DNA of 64,000 nt from Escherichia coli (GCF_030013595.1 NZ_CP122768.1); one strand, 5' to 3'; positions 1 through 14,756 are shown, numbered from the stretch's first letter. The notes: generated by a model from the letters alone, not told the origin. A program made the numbers and translations.

Positions 1-46
1 CCGTCGTAACCAGTAGAAGAATTAATGCAGAGAGAAATTTAATCAC
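1..46 (-). CDS. flgI: flagellar P-ring protein FlgI, 5' end only (runs off window)
   Basis: Reverse complement of 1-46 reads GTG-ATT-AAA-TTT-CTC-TCT-GCA-TTA = (M)IKFLSAL, the FlgI N-terminus; sits immediately downstream of flgH in conserved order. Confidence 0.55.
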   Translation of the reverse strand, partial: MIKFLSALILLLVTT

Positions 47-57
47 CACAGCCTCAC

Positions 58-756
58 TTACATTGGCGACAGGTTGAGGAAGAAACGCTGCAACCAGCCC
101 ATATTTTGCGCTTCGTTAATGTAGCCATTGCCTACGTATTCAATGCGCGCATCCGCCACCTGAGTAGACGGTACGGTATTGCTGCCGCTGATAGTGCGTG
201 GATTAACTACACCAGAGAAGCGAATAAATTCGGTACCCTGATTAATGGCGATCTGTTTTTCACCCACCACATGCAGGTTGCCGTTGACCAGTACCTGGTC
301 AACCGTCACCGTCAACGTGCCGCTAAAGGTATTGCTGGCATTGGCCCCGCCCTTTCCGTTGAACGTGTTACCACCGGAGGCTTCGACATCGGCACGAGCG
401 TTACCAAACAGCCCCTGCAAATAGCGCGGCACAGTATCAAAGCCAAAATTAGTTTTACCGTCACGGCTGGCATTCGCAGAGGAGCTTTTGCTGGCGCTGA
501 CGTTCTCCTGCAACACGATGGTCAGCGTATCGCCAATATTGCGTGGTCGACGATCTTCAAACAACGGTTGATAGCCATAGTTAATCGGCTGAGCAGACTG
601 GAAAATAGAACCGTTGGCGACGGGCGTCGGACCGGGAACCGGTTGTGCACTGGTCGCCCCCTGTACCAGCGGCGTGGAGGGTATCCAGGCGCAGCCGGTT
701 AGTGAAAGCACCAACAAGCTGGAAATGGCATAAGTATGCGCAGCGTTTTTTTGCAT
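58..756 (-). CDS. flgH: flagellar L-ring lipoprotein FlgH
   Basis: ORF 58..771; translation [22 protein letters not shown]... with lipobox matches FlgH; start trimmed to MQKN. Confidence 0.93.
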   Translation of the reverse strand: MQKNAAHTYAISSLLVLSLTGCAWIPSTPLVQGATSAQPVPGPTPVANGSIFQSAQPINYGYQPLFEDRRPRNIGDTLTIVLQENVSASKSSSANASRDGKTNFGFDTVPRYLQGLFGNARADVEASGGNTFNGKGGANASNTFSGTLTVTVDQVLVNGNLHVVGEKQIAINQGTEFIRFSGVVNPRTISGSNTVPSTQVADARIEYVGNGYINEAQNMGWLQRFFLNLSPM

Positions 757-808
757 GGCTATCATCTTCAAAAATCAGTAAACCGGTGAATCTGCCACCG
801 GTTATGCC

Positions 809-1609
<801 letters not shown>

Positions 1610-1727
1610 TTAGTGACAAGCAGAGCAGAAGCACGCGACGGTGCGAATTTCCCCTCACCCTAACCTCTCCCAAAATGGGCGAGAGAATAGTCCGCGCGCT
1701 TTTATTGCAATGTCATCAATCGTTTAA

Positions 1728-2483
1728 TTAACTCATCGACAGCAGTTGGTTGGCACGGCCTGCGTTATCATCGACGCTGCTGATCACCTTCATCTGCATT
1801 TCAAAACGCCGCGCGCTGGCAATCATGTCGCTCATTGCCGCAACGGCATTGACGTTACTGCCTTCCAGAACACCCGACATCACACGCAAGGTTGGATCTG
1901 CCTGCAGTACCGGCCCACGCGTGGTCTGGGTTTCTGCGCTTAAACGAAAAATGCCGTCGTCACCGCGCTGCACTTCGCTGCCCGTGGCTTTCACCAGTTT
2001 CAGACGCCCCACTGGCGCAACCGTATTTACCGGATCGCCCGGATTCAGCGCCGAGATTGTGCCATCGGCAGCAATAGTGATTTCCGCCCCTTCCGGCACA
2101 GCAATTGGCCCCGCCTCGCCTATCACCGGATGCCCCTGAATTGTCAGTTGCCCGGTGGGATCAACCTGAATGCTGCCATTACGCGTATACCCTTCGCTGC
2201 CGTCAGCGGTCTGCACGGCCAGCCAGCCATCCTGCTGCAACGCAACGTCCATCGGGCGCGAGGTGTAATCCATCTTGCCGGGCGTCATGTCTGCACCCGG
2301 CGTTGACGCCGTTACCAGCGTGCGCGTGGGCAGTGAAAGCCCTTCCACCGGCACTGCGCGCAAGGCGTTTAACTGCGCGCGAAAACCGGGCGTAGAGGCA
2401 TTGGCCAGATTACTGGCGGTTACCGCCTGTTGATTCAGCGTCTGGCTGGCTGCTCCCATCGCAGTATAAATTGCGTGATCCAT
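1728..2483 (-). CDS. flgF: flagellar proximal rod protein FlgF
   Basis: 251-aa ORF MDHAIYTAMGAASQTLNQQAVTASNLANASTPGF..., position between flgG and flgE. Confidence 0.94.
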   Translation of the reverse strand: MDHAIYTAMGAASQTLNQQAVTASNLANASTPGFRAQLNALRAVPVEGLSLPTRTLVTASTPGADMTPGKMDYTSRPMDVALQQDGWLAVQTADGSEGYTRNGSIQVDPTGQLTIQGHPVIGEAGPIAVPEGAEITIAADGTISALNPGDPVNTVAPVGRLKLVKATGSEVQRGDDGIFRLSAETQTTRGPVLQADPTLRVMSGVLEGSNVNAVAAMSDMIASARRFEMQMKVISSVDDNAGRANQLLSMS

Positions 2484-2502
2484 TGAGCTATCCCGTCAGC
2501 GA

Positions 2503-3708
2503 TTAGCGTAAGTTAACTAGCGTGTTGAGGATCTGGTCCTGGGTTTTGATGGTCTGGGCGTTAGACTGATAGTTACGCTGGGCAACGATCATATTGACCA
2601 GTTCTTTACTGAGATCGACGTTGGACGCTTCCAGCGCACCGTTGGTCAGGGTGCCAAAGTTGCCCGTCCCGGCTGTCCCCAACAGCGCCACGCCAGAAGA
2701 TTGCGTCGCAGACCAGACGTTGTCGCCTTCGGATGCCAGACCTTCGTTGTTGGCAAAGTTCGCCAGTACAATCTGCCCCAGCAGTTGGGTTTGTTCGTTG
2801 GAATAGTTGCCGACAACCGTACCGTCATCATTGATTTGATAACTCACCAGATCGCCCGGTTTGTAGCCGTTCTGGGTGGTTGCCACAATGTTGTTAGCAC
2901 CGGTATTTTGCTGCATGGAGTTGAGGAAACTCAGGCTAAACGTGGCGGGATCTGCGCCGTTAATTGCGCCAGTGGAAATATTCGCTGTTGGATCTGAGGT
3001 CAGAACGCCATTGGCATTAAACACCAGTGTTGTCGCTGTCTTCGCAATGCTGTTTGGATCACTACTATCCTGGGTGTAGACCTGCCAGTTATTATCCCCG
3101 GTCTTCACAAAGTAGACGCTCATGTCATGAGCATTACCCTGACTATCGAAAACAGTCACCGAACCTTTTTTGTTATAGCTATCCGCATTGCTGGCATCAA
3201 ATGCGTTAACAGAGGGAAGCGGATCACTGGAATTCAGGTTGATCTGCATCGACGCCGTGGTGGTAGTTTTCGCTGCCATCAGGGTATTCGGAATCGAAAT
3301 ATTGGTCGGATTCGCCCCTTGCTGAATAGTCGGCGGCGTACCGGTTGCCGGGTAACCCGTCAGCTGTAAACCTTGCATATTCACCAGGTTACGGTTTTCA
3401 TCCAGCTTAAATTGTCCGTTACGGCTGTAGAACACCGAACCGTTGCTGTCTACCAGACGGAAAAAACCGTTCTGGCTGATAGCAACGTCCAGACCACGCC
3501 CGGTGTTGGTAGTCGTGCCATCGGTAAAGTCCTGAGTGATACCGGCAACTTTTACCCCCAGTCCCACTTTCGAACCGGCAAACATATCGGCAAAAGAGGC
3601 CGTGCCTGATTTAAAGCCGTAGGTGGCGGAGTTGGCGATATTGTTGCCAATAACATCGAGGTTGGTGGCGGCAGCGTTTAATCCGCTAACCGCTTGAGAA
3701 AAGGCCAT
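2503..3708 (-). CDS. flgE: flagellar hook protein FlgE
   Basis: 401-aa ORF MAFSQAVSGLNAAATNLDVIGNNIANSATYGFK...; hook protein family. Confidence 0.95.
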   Translation of the reverse strand: MAFSQAVSGLNAAATNLDVIGNNIANSATYGFKSGTASFADMFAGSKVGLGVKVAGITQDFTDGTTTNTGRGLDVAISQNGFFRLVDSNGSVFYSRNGQFKLDENRNLVNMQGLQLTGYPATGTPPTIQQGANPTNISIPNTLMAAKTTTTASMQINLNSSDPLPSVNAFDASNADSYNKKGSVTVFDSQGNAHDMSVYFVKTGDNNWQVYTQDSSDPNSIAKTATTLVFNANGVLTSDPTANISTGAINGADPATFSLSFLNSMQQNTGANNIVATTQNGYKPGDLVSYQINDDGTVVGNYSNEQTQLLGQIVLANFANNEGLASEGDNVWSATQSSGVALLGTAGTGNFGTLTNGALEASNVDLSKELVNMIVAQRNYQSNAQTIKTQDQILNTLVNLR

Positions 3709-3732
3709 GACTGACTCCTGAAATGTGAAGGC

Positions 3733-4428
3733 TTAAATTATCTGCCGTACTTCGTCGAGGGTGGTGGTGCCGTAAGTGCCGAGATCCAGCGTATTACCGT
3801 TGTTGCCGCGGATCACACCCTGCACCAGAGCAAACTGCAGCGGCTGGGCAACCAGTTGTGTACCACCGTTACTGGCGCTAATCGCTACGTTGTAAGAACC
3901 GTTCGGCGCAGTGCTGCCGTCAGTCAACGTACCGTCCCAGGTGAAACTGTGGACTCCGGCAGTCAGTTCACCGATATCAATGGTACGGACAACCGCACCG
4001 TTTTTATCGGTGATGGTGGCCGTAACTTTGTCTGCCGCCTGTTGCAGCTCAACACCAAACGGCGTGGTCGTGGTCACAGCCCCTTCTTCACTGCCGGTTC
4101 CCGCAAGAACAGTGGTGCCGGGGATCATCACGCCGTGACCGATCAGGTTACTGGCCTGTAACGACTGGCTGTTATCAATCTGTCCGGAAATAGATCCGAG
4201 CGTGGTATTGAGTTTTTCAATCCCGCTGACCGTGCTGATTTGAGCCAATTGCGACGTCAGCTCGTTGTTTTCCATTGGATTGGTCGGGTCCTGGTTTTTC
4301 AGCTGCGCCACCAGCAAAGTCAGAAAACTGCTTTGTAAATCTGCGGCGTTGCTGCCCGTGAGCGAACTACTACTGGTGGTGCTGACGCCGGTATTTGTCG
4401 GATCGGTGGTGGTTACCGCAATGGACAT
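3733..4428 (-). CDS. flgD: flagellar hook capping/assembly protein FlgD
   Basis: 231-aa ORF MSIAVTTTDPTNTGVSTTSSSSLTGSNAADLQSSFLTLLVAQLKNQDPTNP... Confidence 0.94.
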   Translation of the reverse strand: MSIAVTTTDPTNTGVSTTSSSSLTGSNAADLQSSFLTLLVAQLKNQDPTNPMENNELTSQLAQISTVSGIEKLNTTLGSISGQIDNSQSLQASNLIGHGVMIPGTTVLAGTGSEEGAVTTTTPFGVELQQAADKVTATITDKNGAVVRTIDIGELTAGVHSFTWDGTLTDGSTAPNGSYNVAISASNGGTQLVAQPLQFALVQGVIRGNNGNTLDLGTYGTTTLDEVRQII

Positions 4429-4439
4429 AGTTTTCTCCT

Positions 4440-4844
4440 TTATTGACCGAGCGTAAGGGTTTTCAGCATCATGCTTTTCACCGTGTTGAGCACTTCAACA
4501 TTGGCCTGATAGCTGCGTGACGCCGACATGGTGTTAACCATCTCTCCGACGACATCAACGTTTGGCATTTTCACGTAGCCCTTTGCATCCGCCAGCGGAT
4601 TACCCGGTTCATAAACCAGTTTGTCCGAGGCCTGACTTTCTATAACATCAGCAACCTTTACGCCGCCTGTCGCAGCACCTGGTGCAGCGTTAACCTGGAA
4701 TACCACCTGTTTTGCCCGATATGGCTGTCCATCGGGACCGGTCACGCTATCAGCATTCGCCAGATTACTGGCCGCCACGTTCAGGCGCTGGGACTGGGCA
4801 GTTAACGCCGACCCGGCGATATCAAAAATATTCAGCAGTGCCAT
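4440..4844 (-). CDS. flgC: flagellar proximal rod protein FlgC
   Basis: 134-aa [36 protein letters not shown]... Confidence 0.95.
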   Translation of the reverse strand: MALLNIFDIAGSALTAQSQRLNVAASNLANADSVTGPDGQPYRAKQVVFQVNAAPGAATGGVKVADVIESQASDKLVYEPGNPLADAKGYVKMPNVDVVGEMVNTMSASRSYQANVEVLNTVKSMMLKTLTLGQ

Positions 4845-4847
4845 CCG

Positions 4848-5264
4848 TTAATTTCCGCTCTGTAAAACGTTCATCATGCCTTTGATTTGCCCGCTCAACG
4901 CGCTAAGGCTCATCTGGTATTGCAGGCTGTTATCGGCAAACTGGGTGCGTTCGCGATCCATATCGACGGTATTACCGTCAAGCGAAGGCTGGTCCGGAAT
5001 ACGGTATTGCAGTTCTGCGGTAGGAGGCGTCAACGCCTGCGCCGGAATGTGTTGCGTTGAGGTCATCGTCAGTGCAACCACACTGGTTGCATCCCGTCCA
5101 CGTTGCATGACTTTTTTAAGTTCACTGGCAAAATCGATATCGCGCGCCTGATAACCAGGGGTATCGGCATTGGCGATGTTTGCTGCCAGCACTTCCTGAC
5201 GCTGGGCGCGCAGATTGAGCGCCTCTTGTTGAAAACGTAAGGCGGCGTCGAGCTTATCGAGCAT
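4848..5264 (-). CDS. flgB: flagellar proximal rod protein FlgB
   Basis: 138-aa [48 protein letters not shown]... Confidence 0.95.
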
Positions 5265-5418
5265 ATCTCCTCCGCAGGTATCAAAATTCTGCCATCAGCT
5301 TAAATGCCTTTACGCGCGCGTTATCGGCGGAATAAACGCAAAATGGGTCGCTATTTATGCCGTTGATGGTCATTGCGGACAGGTACAATTCACGTTGTAG
5401 AAATGGCAGGGGGCGAAA
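5265..5418. promoter_or_regulatory. divergent flgB-operon / flgAMN promoter region (class 2 flagellar promoters expected)
   Basis: 154-bp intergenic between divergently oriented flgB and flgA; assignment from established operon organisation, individual sites not resolved by eye. Confidence 0.6.
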
Positions 5419-6078
5419 ATGCTGGCAATAAAACGTAGCGTGGCGATCATCGCGATACTGTTCAGTCCGTTAAGTGCGGCGAGCAATCTCACATCGCAAT
5501 TGCACACCTTTTTTAGCGCCCAGCTCGCGGGGGTAAGTGATGAGGTTCGTGTTTCTATTCGTACAGCGCCCAATCTACTACCGCCGTGCGAGCAGCCATT
5601 GCTTTCGATGAGCAATAATTCCCGCCTGTGGGGCAATGTGAATGTGTTGGCACGCTGCGGTAACGACAAACGATATTTACAGGTTAATGTGCAGGCCACA
5701 GGAAATTATGTGGTTGCCGCAATGCCCATTGTGCGGGGAGGAAAGCTGGAAGCTGGCAATGTCAAACTGAAACGCGGACGGCTGGATACCCTGCCACCGC
5801 GTACGGTGCTGGATATCAATCAACTTGTTGATGCCATTAGCCTGCGCGATCTATCACCCGATCAACCTATCCAGTTAACCCAGTTTCGCCAGGCATGGCG
5901 GGTAAAAGCGGGACAACGCGTCAATGTGATCGCCAGCGGTGATGGGTTTAGCGCCAACGCTGAAGGTCAGGCGCTGAACAATGCAGCCGTCGCACAGAAT
6001 GCGCGGGTGCGCATGGTATCTGGACAGGTAGTCAGCGGCGTTGTTGATGCAGATGGGAATATTCTTATAAACCTGTAA
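5419..6078 (+). CDS. flgA: flagellar P-ring assembly chaperone FlgA
   Basis: 219-aa ORF with signal peptide MLAIKRSVAIIAILFSPLSAASN... Confidence 0.93.
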   Translation: MLAIKRSVAIIAILFSPLSAASNLTSQLHTFFSAQLAGVSDEVRVSIRTAPNLLPPCEQPLLSMSNNSRLWGNVNVLARCGNDKRYLQVNVQATGNYVVAAMPIVRGGKLEAGNVKLKRGRLDTLPPRTVLDINQLVDAISLRDLSPDQPIQLTQFRQAWRVKAGQRVNVIASGDGFSANAEGQALNNAAVAQNARVRMVSGQVVSGVVDADGNILINL

Positions 6079-6083
6079 GCTGT

Positions 6084-6110
6084 TAAAGATTACCCGTCCC
6101 TTGCCGATAA
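6084..6110 (+). promoter_or_regulatory. sigma-28 (FliA) class 3 promoter for flgMN
   Basis: TAAAGATT-N11-GCCGATAA read directly at 6084-6110, matching the FliA consensus TAAAGTTT-N11-GCCGATAA, 44 bp upstream of the flgM start. Confidence 0.8.
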
Positions 6111-6153
6111 ATAAGCAACATATGATAAAAGCGCCCTCAATGAGGAATAAACC

Positions 6154-6447
6154 ATGAGTATTGATCGCACTTCGCCTCTGAAGCCCGTAAGCACCGTTCA
6201 ACCGCGCGAAACCACTGACGCGCCGGTAACGAACACCCGGGCGGCAAAAACAACCGCCTCCACCAGCACCAGTGTGACGTTAAGCGACGCGCAAGCAAAA
6301 CTGATGCAACCCGGCAGCAGTGATATCAATCTTGAACGTGTCGAAGCGTTAAAACTGGCGATTCGTAACGGTGAACTAAAAATGGACACCGGCAAAATTG
6401 CCGATGCGCTGATCAACGAAGCGCAGCAAGACTTGCAGAGTAACTGA
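6154..6447 (+). CDS. flgM: anti-sigma-28 factor FlgM
   Basis: 97-aa [37 protein letters not shown]... Confidence 0.95.
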   Translation: MSIDRTSPLKPVSTVQPRETTDAPVTNTRAAKTTASTSTSVTLSDAQAKLMQPGSSDINLERVEALKLAIRNGELKMDTGKIADALINEAQQDLQSN

Positions 6448-6451
6448 TCGT

Positions 6452-6868
6452 ATGACGCGTCTTGCAGAGATCCTCGACCAGATGTCCGCTGTGCTTAACG
6501 ATCTCAAAACGGTAATGGATCAAGAGCAGCAACATCTCTCTATGGGGCAGATCAACGGCAGCCAGTTGCAATGGATTACAGAACAAAAAAGCTCTCTGCT
6601 GGCGACGCTGGATTACCTCGAACAGTTACGCAGGAAAGAACCCAATTCAGCAAATAGCGTTGATATTAGTCAACGCTGGCAGGAAATTACTGTGAAAACG
6701 CAGCAACTACGCCAAATGAATCAACATAACGGCTGGTTACTGGAAGGACAGATTGAGCGCAATCAACAGGCGCTGGAAATGTTGAAACCGCATCAGGAAC
6801 CGACGCTATATGGAGCGAACGGTCAGACCTCAACAACCCATCGCGGCGGTAAAAAGATTTCGATCTGA
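6452..6868 (+). CDS. flgN: flagellar export chaperone FlgN
   Basis: 138-aa ORF MTRLAEILDQMSAVLNDLKTVMDQEQQHLS... Confidence 0.94.
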   Translation: MTRLAEILDQMSAVLNDLKTVMDQEQQHLSMGQINGSQLQWITEQKSSLLATLDYLEQLRRKEPNSANSVDISQRWQEITVKTQQLRQMNQHNGWLLEGQIERNQQALEMLKPHQEPTLYGANGQTSTTHRGGKKISI

Positions 6869-6877
6869 AGATTATCT

Positions 6878-6898
6878 CCGGCCTGCACTGCAGGCCGG
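6878..6898. terminator. bidirectional hairpin between convergent flgN and murJ
   Basis: Perfect 9-bp stem CCGGCCTGC / GCAGGCCGG with 3-nt loop between the two stop codons. Confidence 0.6.
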
Positions 6899-6907
6899 AA
6901 TGCATTG

Positions 6908-8530
<1,623 letters not shown>

Positions 8531-8552
8531 CTACCGCCAGATGTTACAGGGT

Positions 8553-9476
8553 TTATTCACTCATCGCATCGCGCCAGATCTTGTCAACGATACGTTGCGC
8601 CAGCACTGCCTGTTCGCCGGCGGTTTGCGGAACTGTCTGATTTTGCACACATTCAATGAAGTGCCGCGCACAGCCGACAAATCCACGTTGCTCAAGCGTA
8701 CTCTGCCAACCAGGAATCGGTTTATGCACTACGCCCTGCCCGCGCTCCTCACGCCATTCGCGCATATCCGTAATGTCGATGAGCGCACCGTCAGTCACGG
8801 CCTGCACGGTTTCACGCTGGCTTCCGGCACGGCGATGCATACAGGTGGTGATCTGCAAAGGACCGGCCGAAAAATGGTGCTCGGCAAACAGCATTTCGCC
8901 AGCGTCATTAGTCAGTAGCGTACCGCCATCCAGAGAGGCTTTACCGCCCGACAACCACAGCGCGGTATCCACCACATGCAGATAATCATCCAGCAACGTG
9001 AAATAAAGATCGTGTGGCCCGACGCTATTGCTACGATGTTTATCCATTCTTAGCGAGGCTGCGGTGGCGAGTTGCGTTTTTAACTCACCGTAGAGTGGTG
9101 CGAAACGACGGTTAAAACCGACCATCAACGTCAGTTTTTTCCGTGCCGCAAGTTCCACCAGCCGTTCAGCATCGCGCAGATTTTCTGCCAGCGGTTTATC
9201 GACACAGACATGTACCCCCGCATTGAGTAACGTACTGACCACGTCAAAGTGGCTGGCGGTGCTGGAATGCACAAAAACCGCATCGCAACTGGCGGCAAGG
9301 CTGGATAACGAATCGGCATAAGGAATGCGCCAGCTGTCACAAATTGGCAAGGCTTTCGCGCGCGTAGGCGACCACGCACCTTGTAACGTCCAGTCAGACG
9401 CTGCCGCCAGCACCGGTAACCACACCTTTTGCGCGATGCCGCCTAACCCCACTACGCCGATACGTAATTTTTTCAC
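8553..9476 (-). CDS. mviM: putative oxidoreductase MviM (Gfo/Idh/MocA family)
   Basis: ORF 8553..9509; Rossmann motif VGLGGIAQK; probable GTG start at 9476-9474 giving (M)KKLRIGVVG. Confidence 0.88.
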   Translation of the reverse strand: MKKLRIGVVGLGGIAQKVWLPVLAAASDWTLQGAWSPTRAKALPICDSWRIPYADSLSSLAASCDAVFVHSSTASHFDVVSTLLNAGVHVCVDKPLAENLRDAERLVELAARKKLTLMVGFNRRFAPLYGELKTQLATAASLRMDKHRSNSVGPHDLYFTLLDDYLHVVDTALWLSGGKASLDGGTLLTNDAGEMLFAEHHFSAGPLQITTCMHRRAGSQRETVQAVTDGALIDITDMREWREERGQGVVHKPIPGWQSTLEQRGFVGCARHFIECVQNQTVPQTAGEQAVLAQRIVDKIWRDAMSE

Positions 9477-9477
9477 T

Positions 9478-10720
<1,243 letters not shown>

Positions 10721-10955
10721 TCTATACCTACTCCTTCCCGTAACGTCTTTAATACGCTGTAAGTATTACTATACCTGCGCAACCAGATCCTGTGAAAAGT
10801 CCAGAATGCCATTTTCTGCATTATTCACATATTTGATAAAAACTCTCTATCAAAGCGACGTTTTGATAAAAAAATATTGTCCCCGAAATGATGGGAAAAG
10901 TCTTAGCGGCAATGCAGAATAGAAAGTGCTCATCTTTTATTTCCCGGGAGGGGAA

Positions 10956-12164
10956 ATGTCCCGCGTGTCGCAGGCCAGGAACCTGGGTAAATATTTCCTG
11001 CTCATCGATAATATGCTGGTCGTGCTGGGGTTCTTTGTTGTCTTCCCGCTGATCTCTATCCGCTTCGTTGATCAAATGGGCTGGGCCGCCGTCATGGTCG
11101 GTATTGCCCTCGGTCTACGCCAGTTTATTCAGCAAGGTCTGGGTATTTTCGGCGGCGCAATTGCCGACCGCTTTGGTGCCAAACCGATGATTGTTACCGG
11201 TATGCTGATGCGTGCCGCCGGATTCGCCACAATGGGTATCGCCCACGAACCGTGGCTACTGTGGTTTTCATGCCTGCTCTCGGGACTCGGCGGCACGTTG
11301 TTTGATCCGCCGCGTTCGGCGCTGGTGGTGAAACTAATCCGTCCACAACAGCGTGGTCGTTTTTTCTCGCTGTTGATGATGCAGGACAGTGCCGGTGCGG
11401 TCATTGGCGCATTGTTGGGGAGCTGGCTGTTGCAATACGACTTTCGCCTGGTCTGCGCCACAGGGGCAGTTTTGTTTGTGCTGTGTGCAGCGTTCAATGC
11501 GTGGTTGTTACCGGCATGGAAACTCTCCACTGTACGCACGCCCGTTCGCGAAGGCATGACCCGCGTGATGCGTGACAAGCGTTTTGTCACCTATGTCCTG
11601 ACGCTGGCGGGTTACTACATGCTGGCTGTACAAGTGATGCTGATGCTGCCAATTATGGTCAACGACGTGGCGGGCGCGCCCTCTGCCGTTAAATGGATGT
11701 ATGCCATTGAAGCGTGTCTGTCGTTAACGTTGCTCTATCCTATCGCCCGCTGGAGTGAAAAGCATTTTCGTCTGGAACATCGGTTGATGGCTGGGCTGTT
11801 GATAATGTCATTAAGCATGATGCCAGTGGGCATGGTCAGCGGCCTGCAACAACTTTTCACCCTGATTTGTCTGTTTTATATCGGGTCGATCATTGCCGAG
11901 CCTGCGCGTGAAACCTTAAGTGCTTCGCTGGCAGACGCAAGAGCTCGCGGCAGCTATATGGGGTTTAGCCGTCTGGGTCTGGCGATTGGCGGCGCTATTG
12001 GTTATATCGGTGGCGGCTGGCTGTTTGACCTGGGCAAATCGGCGCACCAGCCAGAGCTTCCGTGGATGATGCTGGGCATTATTGGCATCTTCACTTTCCT
12101 TGCGCTGGGTTGGCAGTTTAGCCAGAAACGCGCCGCGCGTCGTTTGCTGGAACGCGACGCCTGA
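10956..12164 (+). CDS. mdtH: MFS multidrug efflux transporter MdtH
   Basis: ORF 10926..12164; start trimmed to [31 protein letters not shown]; 12-TM MFS-type protein. Confidence 0.92.
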
Positions 12165-12226
12165 TTTGATACTCCCCCTGACTCCTCCATACTGAAAGTG
12201 AACTGACAGCCAAATGGAGGAGTCAC

Positions 12227-12874
12227 GTGAAGCTATACATTTACGATCACTGCCCTTACTGCCTCAAAGCCCGCATGATTTTCGGCCTGAAAAATATCCC
12301 CGTCGAATTACATGTTCTGCTCAACGACGACGCAGAAACACCCACCCGGATGGTCGGTCAAAAACAGGTTCCCATTCTGCAAAAAGATGACAGCCGCTAT
12401 ATGCCAGAAAGCATGGACATCGTTCACTATGTCGATAAACTCGACGGCAAACCGTTACTGACCGGCAAACGTTCCCCTGCCATTGAAGAGTGGCTGCGCA
12501 AGGTCAATGGCTACGCCAACAAACTGCTGTTGCCGCGTTTTGCCAAATCGGCATTTGATGAGTTTTCTACTCCTGCCGCGCGCAAATATTTCGTCGACAA
12601 GAAAGAGGCCAGCGCGGGTAATTTTGCCGACCTGCTGGCCCACTCTGACGGTCTGATTAAGAATATCAGCGATGATTTACGTGCGCTGGACAAACTGATC
12701 GTCAAACCGAACGCCGTGAATGGCGAACTTTCGGAAGATGATATTCAGCTATTTCCGCTACTGCGTAATCTGACGCTGGTAGCCGGAATCAACTGGCCAA
12801 GCCGCGTTGCTGATTACCGCGATAATATGGCGAAACAGACACAAATCAATTTGTTATCATCAATGGCGATTTAA
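12227..12874 (+). CDS. grxB: glutaredoxin 2
   Basis: 215-aa ORF MKLYIYDHCPYCLKARMIFGLKNIP... with CPYC active site. Confidence 0.94.
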   Translation: MKLYIYDHCPYCLKARMIFGLKNIPVELHVLLNDDAETPTRMVGQKQVPILQKDDSRYMPESMDIVHYVDKLDGKPLLTGKRSPAIEEWLRKVNGYANKLLLPRFAKSAFDEFSTPAARKYFVDKKEASAGNFADLLAHSDGLIKNISDDLRALDKLIVKPNAVNGELSEDDIQLFPLLRNLTLVAGINWPSRVADYRDNMAKQTQINLLSSMAI

Positions 12875-13007
12875 TCCTGACCCGCCGCGGCAGCCTGTAT
12901 TCGCGGGTTGCCGCCGTTTTCAGTTTTTTCTGCTGGCGCGTTTATCGCTGGTGACACATGCTGCGTTGTGTCAGGATATTGACGCAGATTTCATGTCGAG
13001 GACTACC

Positions 13008-13568
13008 ATGAACAAGTTTTTATTTGCCGCTGCATTGATCGTCAGTGGCCTGCTCGTTGGCTGTAATCAACTCACCCAATACACCATCACCGAACAAGAA
13101 ATTAACCAGTCGCTTGCGAAACATAATAATTTCTCAAAAGATATCGGTTTACCCGGCGTGGCTGATGCCCATATTGTTCTGACAAACCTGACCAGCCAAA
13201 TTGGTCGCGAAGAGCCGAATAAGGTTACCCTAACCGGAGACGCCAATCTGGACATGAACTCCCTGTTCGGTAGCCAGAAAGCGACCATGAAACTGAAGCT
13301 GAAAGCGCTGCCCGTGTTTGATAAAGAAAAAGGCGCGATCTTCCTGAAAGAGATGGAAGTGGTCGATGCGACGGTACAACCGGAAAAAATGCAAACGGTG
13401 ATGCAAACGTTGCTTCCCTATCTGAACCAGGCATTACGCAATTACTTTAACCAGCAACCTGCTTACGTCCTGCGCGAAGATGGCAGCCAGGGCGAAGCAA
13501 TGGCGAAGAAACTGGCGAAAGGCATTGAAGTGAAGCCAGGCGAAATTGTCATTCCGTTTACTGATTAA
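13008..13568 (+). CDS. yceB: lipoprotein YceB
   Basis: 186-aa reading from ATG at 13008: MNKFLFAAALIVSGLLVGC (lipobox); ORF-track start at 12807 is an upstream in-frame extension. Confidence 0.88.
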   Translation: MNKFLFAAALIVSGLLVGCNQLTQYTITEQEINQSLAKHNNFSKDIGLPGVADAHIVLTNLTSQIGREEPNKVTLTGDANLDMNSLFGSQKATMKLKLKALPVFDKEKGAIFLKEMEVVDATVQPEKMQTVMQTLLPYLNQALRNYFNQQPAYVLREDGSQGEAMAKKLAKGIEVKPGEIVIPFTD

Positions 13569-13572
13569 TCAC

Positions 13573-13600
13573 GAGGGCGCATTCGCGCCCTTTATTTTTC
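13573..13600 (+). terminator. rho-independent terminator after yceB
   Basis: GGGCGC-ATTC-GCGCCC hairpin followed by TTTATTTTT. Confidence 0.7.
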
Positions 13601-13673
13601 GTGCAAAGGAAAACGTTTCCGCTTATCCTTTGTGTCCGGCAAAAACATCCCTTCAGCCGGAGCATAGAGATTA

Positions 13674-14720
13674 ATGACTGCACCATCCCAGGTATTAAAG
13701 ATCCGCCGCCCAGACGACTGGCACCTTCACCTCCGCGATGGCGACATGTTAAAAACTGTCGTGCCGTATACCAGCGAAATTTATGGACGGGCTATCGTAA
13801 TGCCCAATCTGGCTCCGCCCGTGACCACCGTTGAGGCTGCCGTGGCGTATCGCCAGCGTATTCTTGACGCCGTACCTGCCGGGCACGATTTCACCCCGCT
13901 GATGACCTGTTATTTGACAGATTCACTAGACCCTAATGAGCTTGAGCGTGGATTTAACGAAGGCGTGTTCACCGCTGCAAAACTTTACCCGGCAAACGCA
14001 ACTACTAACTCCAGTCACGGCGTGACGTCAGTTGACGCAATCATGCCGGTACTTGAGCGCATGGAAAAAATCGGTATGCCGTTACTGGTGCATGGTGAAG
14101 TGACACATGCAGATATCGACATTTTTGATCGTGAAGCGCGCTTTATTGAAAGCGTGATGGAACCGCTGCGCCAGCGCCTGACTGCGCTGAAAGTCGTTTT
14201 TGAGCACATCACCACCAAAGATGCTGCCGACTATGTCCGTAACGGAAATGAACGGCTGGCTGCCACCATCACTCCGCAGCATCTGATGTTTAACCGCAAC
14301 CATATGCTGGTTGGTGGCGTGCGTCCACATCTGTATTGTCTACCCATCCTCAAACGCAATATTCACCAACAGGCATTGCGTGAACTGGTCGCCAGCGGTT
14401 TTAATCGCGTATTCCTCGGTACGGATTCTGCGCCGCATGCACGTCATCGCAAAGAGAGCAGCTGCGGCTGCGCGGGCTGCTTCAACGCCCCAACCGCGCT
14501 GGGCAGTTACGCTACCGTCTTTGAAGAGATGAATGCTCTGCAGCACTTTGAAGCATTCTGTTCTGTAAACGGCCCGCAGTTCTACGGGTTGCCGGTCAAC
14601 GACACATTCATCGAACTGGTACGTGAAGAGCAACAGGTTGCTGAAAGCATCGCACTGACTGATGACACCCTGGTGCCATTCCTCGCTGGGGAAACGGTAC
14701 GCTGGTCCGTTAAACAATAA
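13674..14720 (+). CDS. pyrC: dihydroorotase
   Basis: 348-aa [49 protein letters not shown]... (HxH metal site). Confidence 0.95.
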   Translation: MTAPSQVLKIRRPDDWHLHLRDGDMLKTVVPYTSEIYGRAIVMPNLAPPVTTVEAAVAYRQRILDAVPAGHDFTPLMTCYLTDSLDPNELERGFNEGVFTAAKLYPANATTNSSHGVTSVDAIMPVLERMEKIGMPLLVHGEVTHADIDIFDREARFIESVMEPLRQRLTALKVVFEHITTKDAADYVRNGNERLAATITPQHLMFNRNHMLVGGVRPHLYCLPILKRNIHQQALRELVASGFNRVFLGTDSAPHARHRKESSCGCAGCFNAPTALGSYATVFEEMNALQHFEAFCSVNGPQFYGLPVNDTFIELVREEQQVAESIALTDDTLVPFLAGETVRWSVKQ

Positions 14721-14756
14721 AAATCGTAGCTTCCTGTTGTCATTAGGTTATTTTAC

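Noticed and set aside
106-702. 198-aa plus-strand ORF covering flgH
   Set aside because: Antisense shadow ORF of the conserved flgH gene
5370-5699. 109-aa minus-strand ORF overlapping the flgA start
   Set aside because: Overlaps the flgB/flgA promoter region and the flgA coding sequence on the opposite strand; no support
11129-11590. 153-aa minus-strand ORF inside mdtH
   Set aside because: Antisense to a conserved transporter gene
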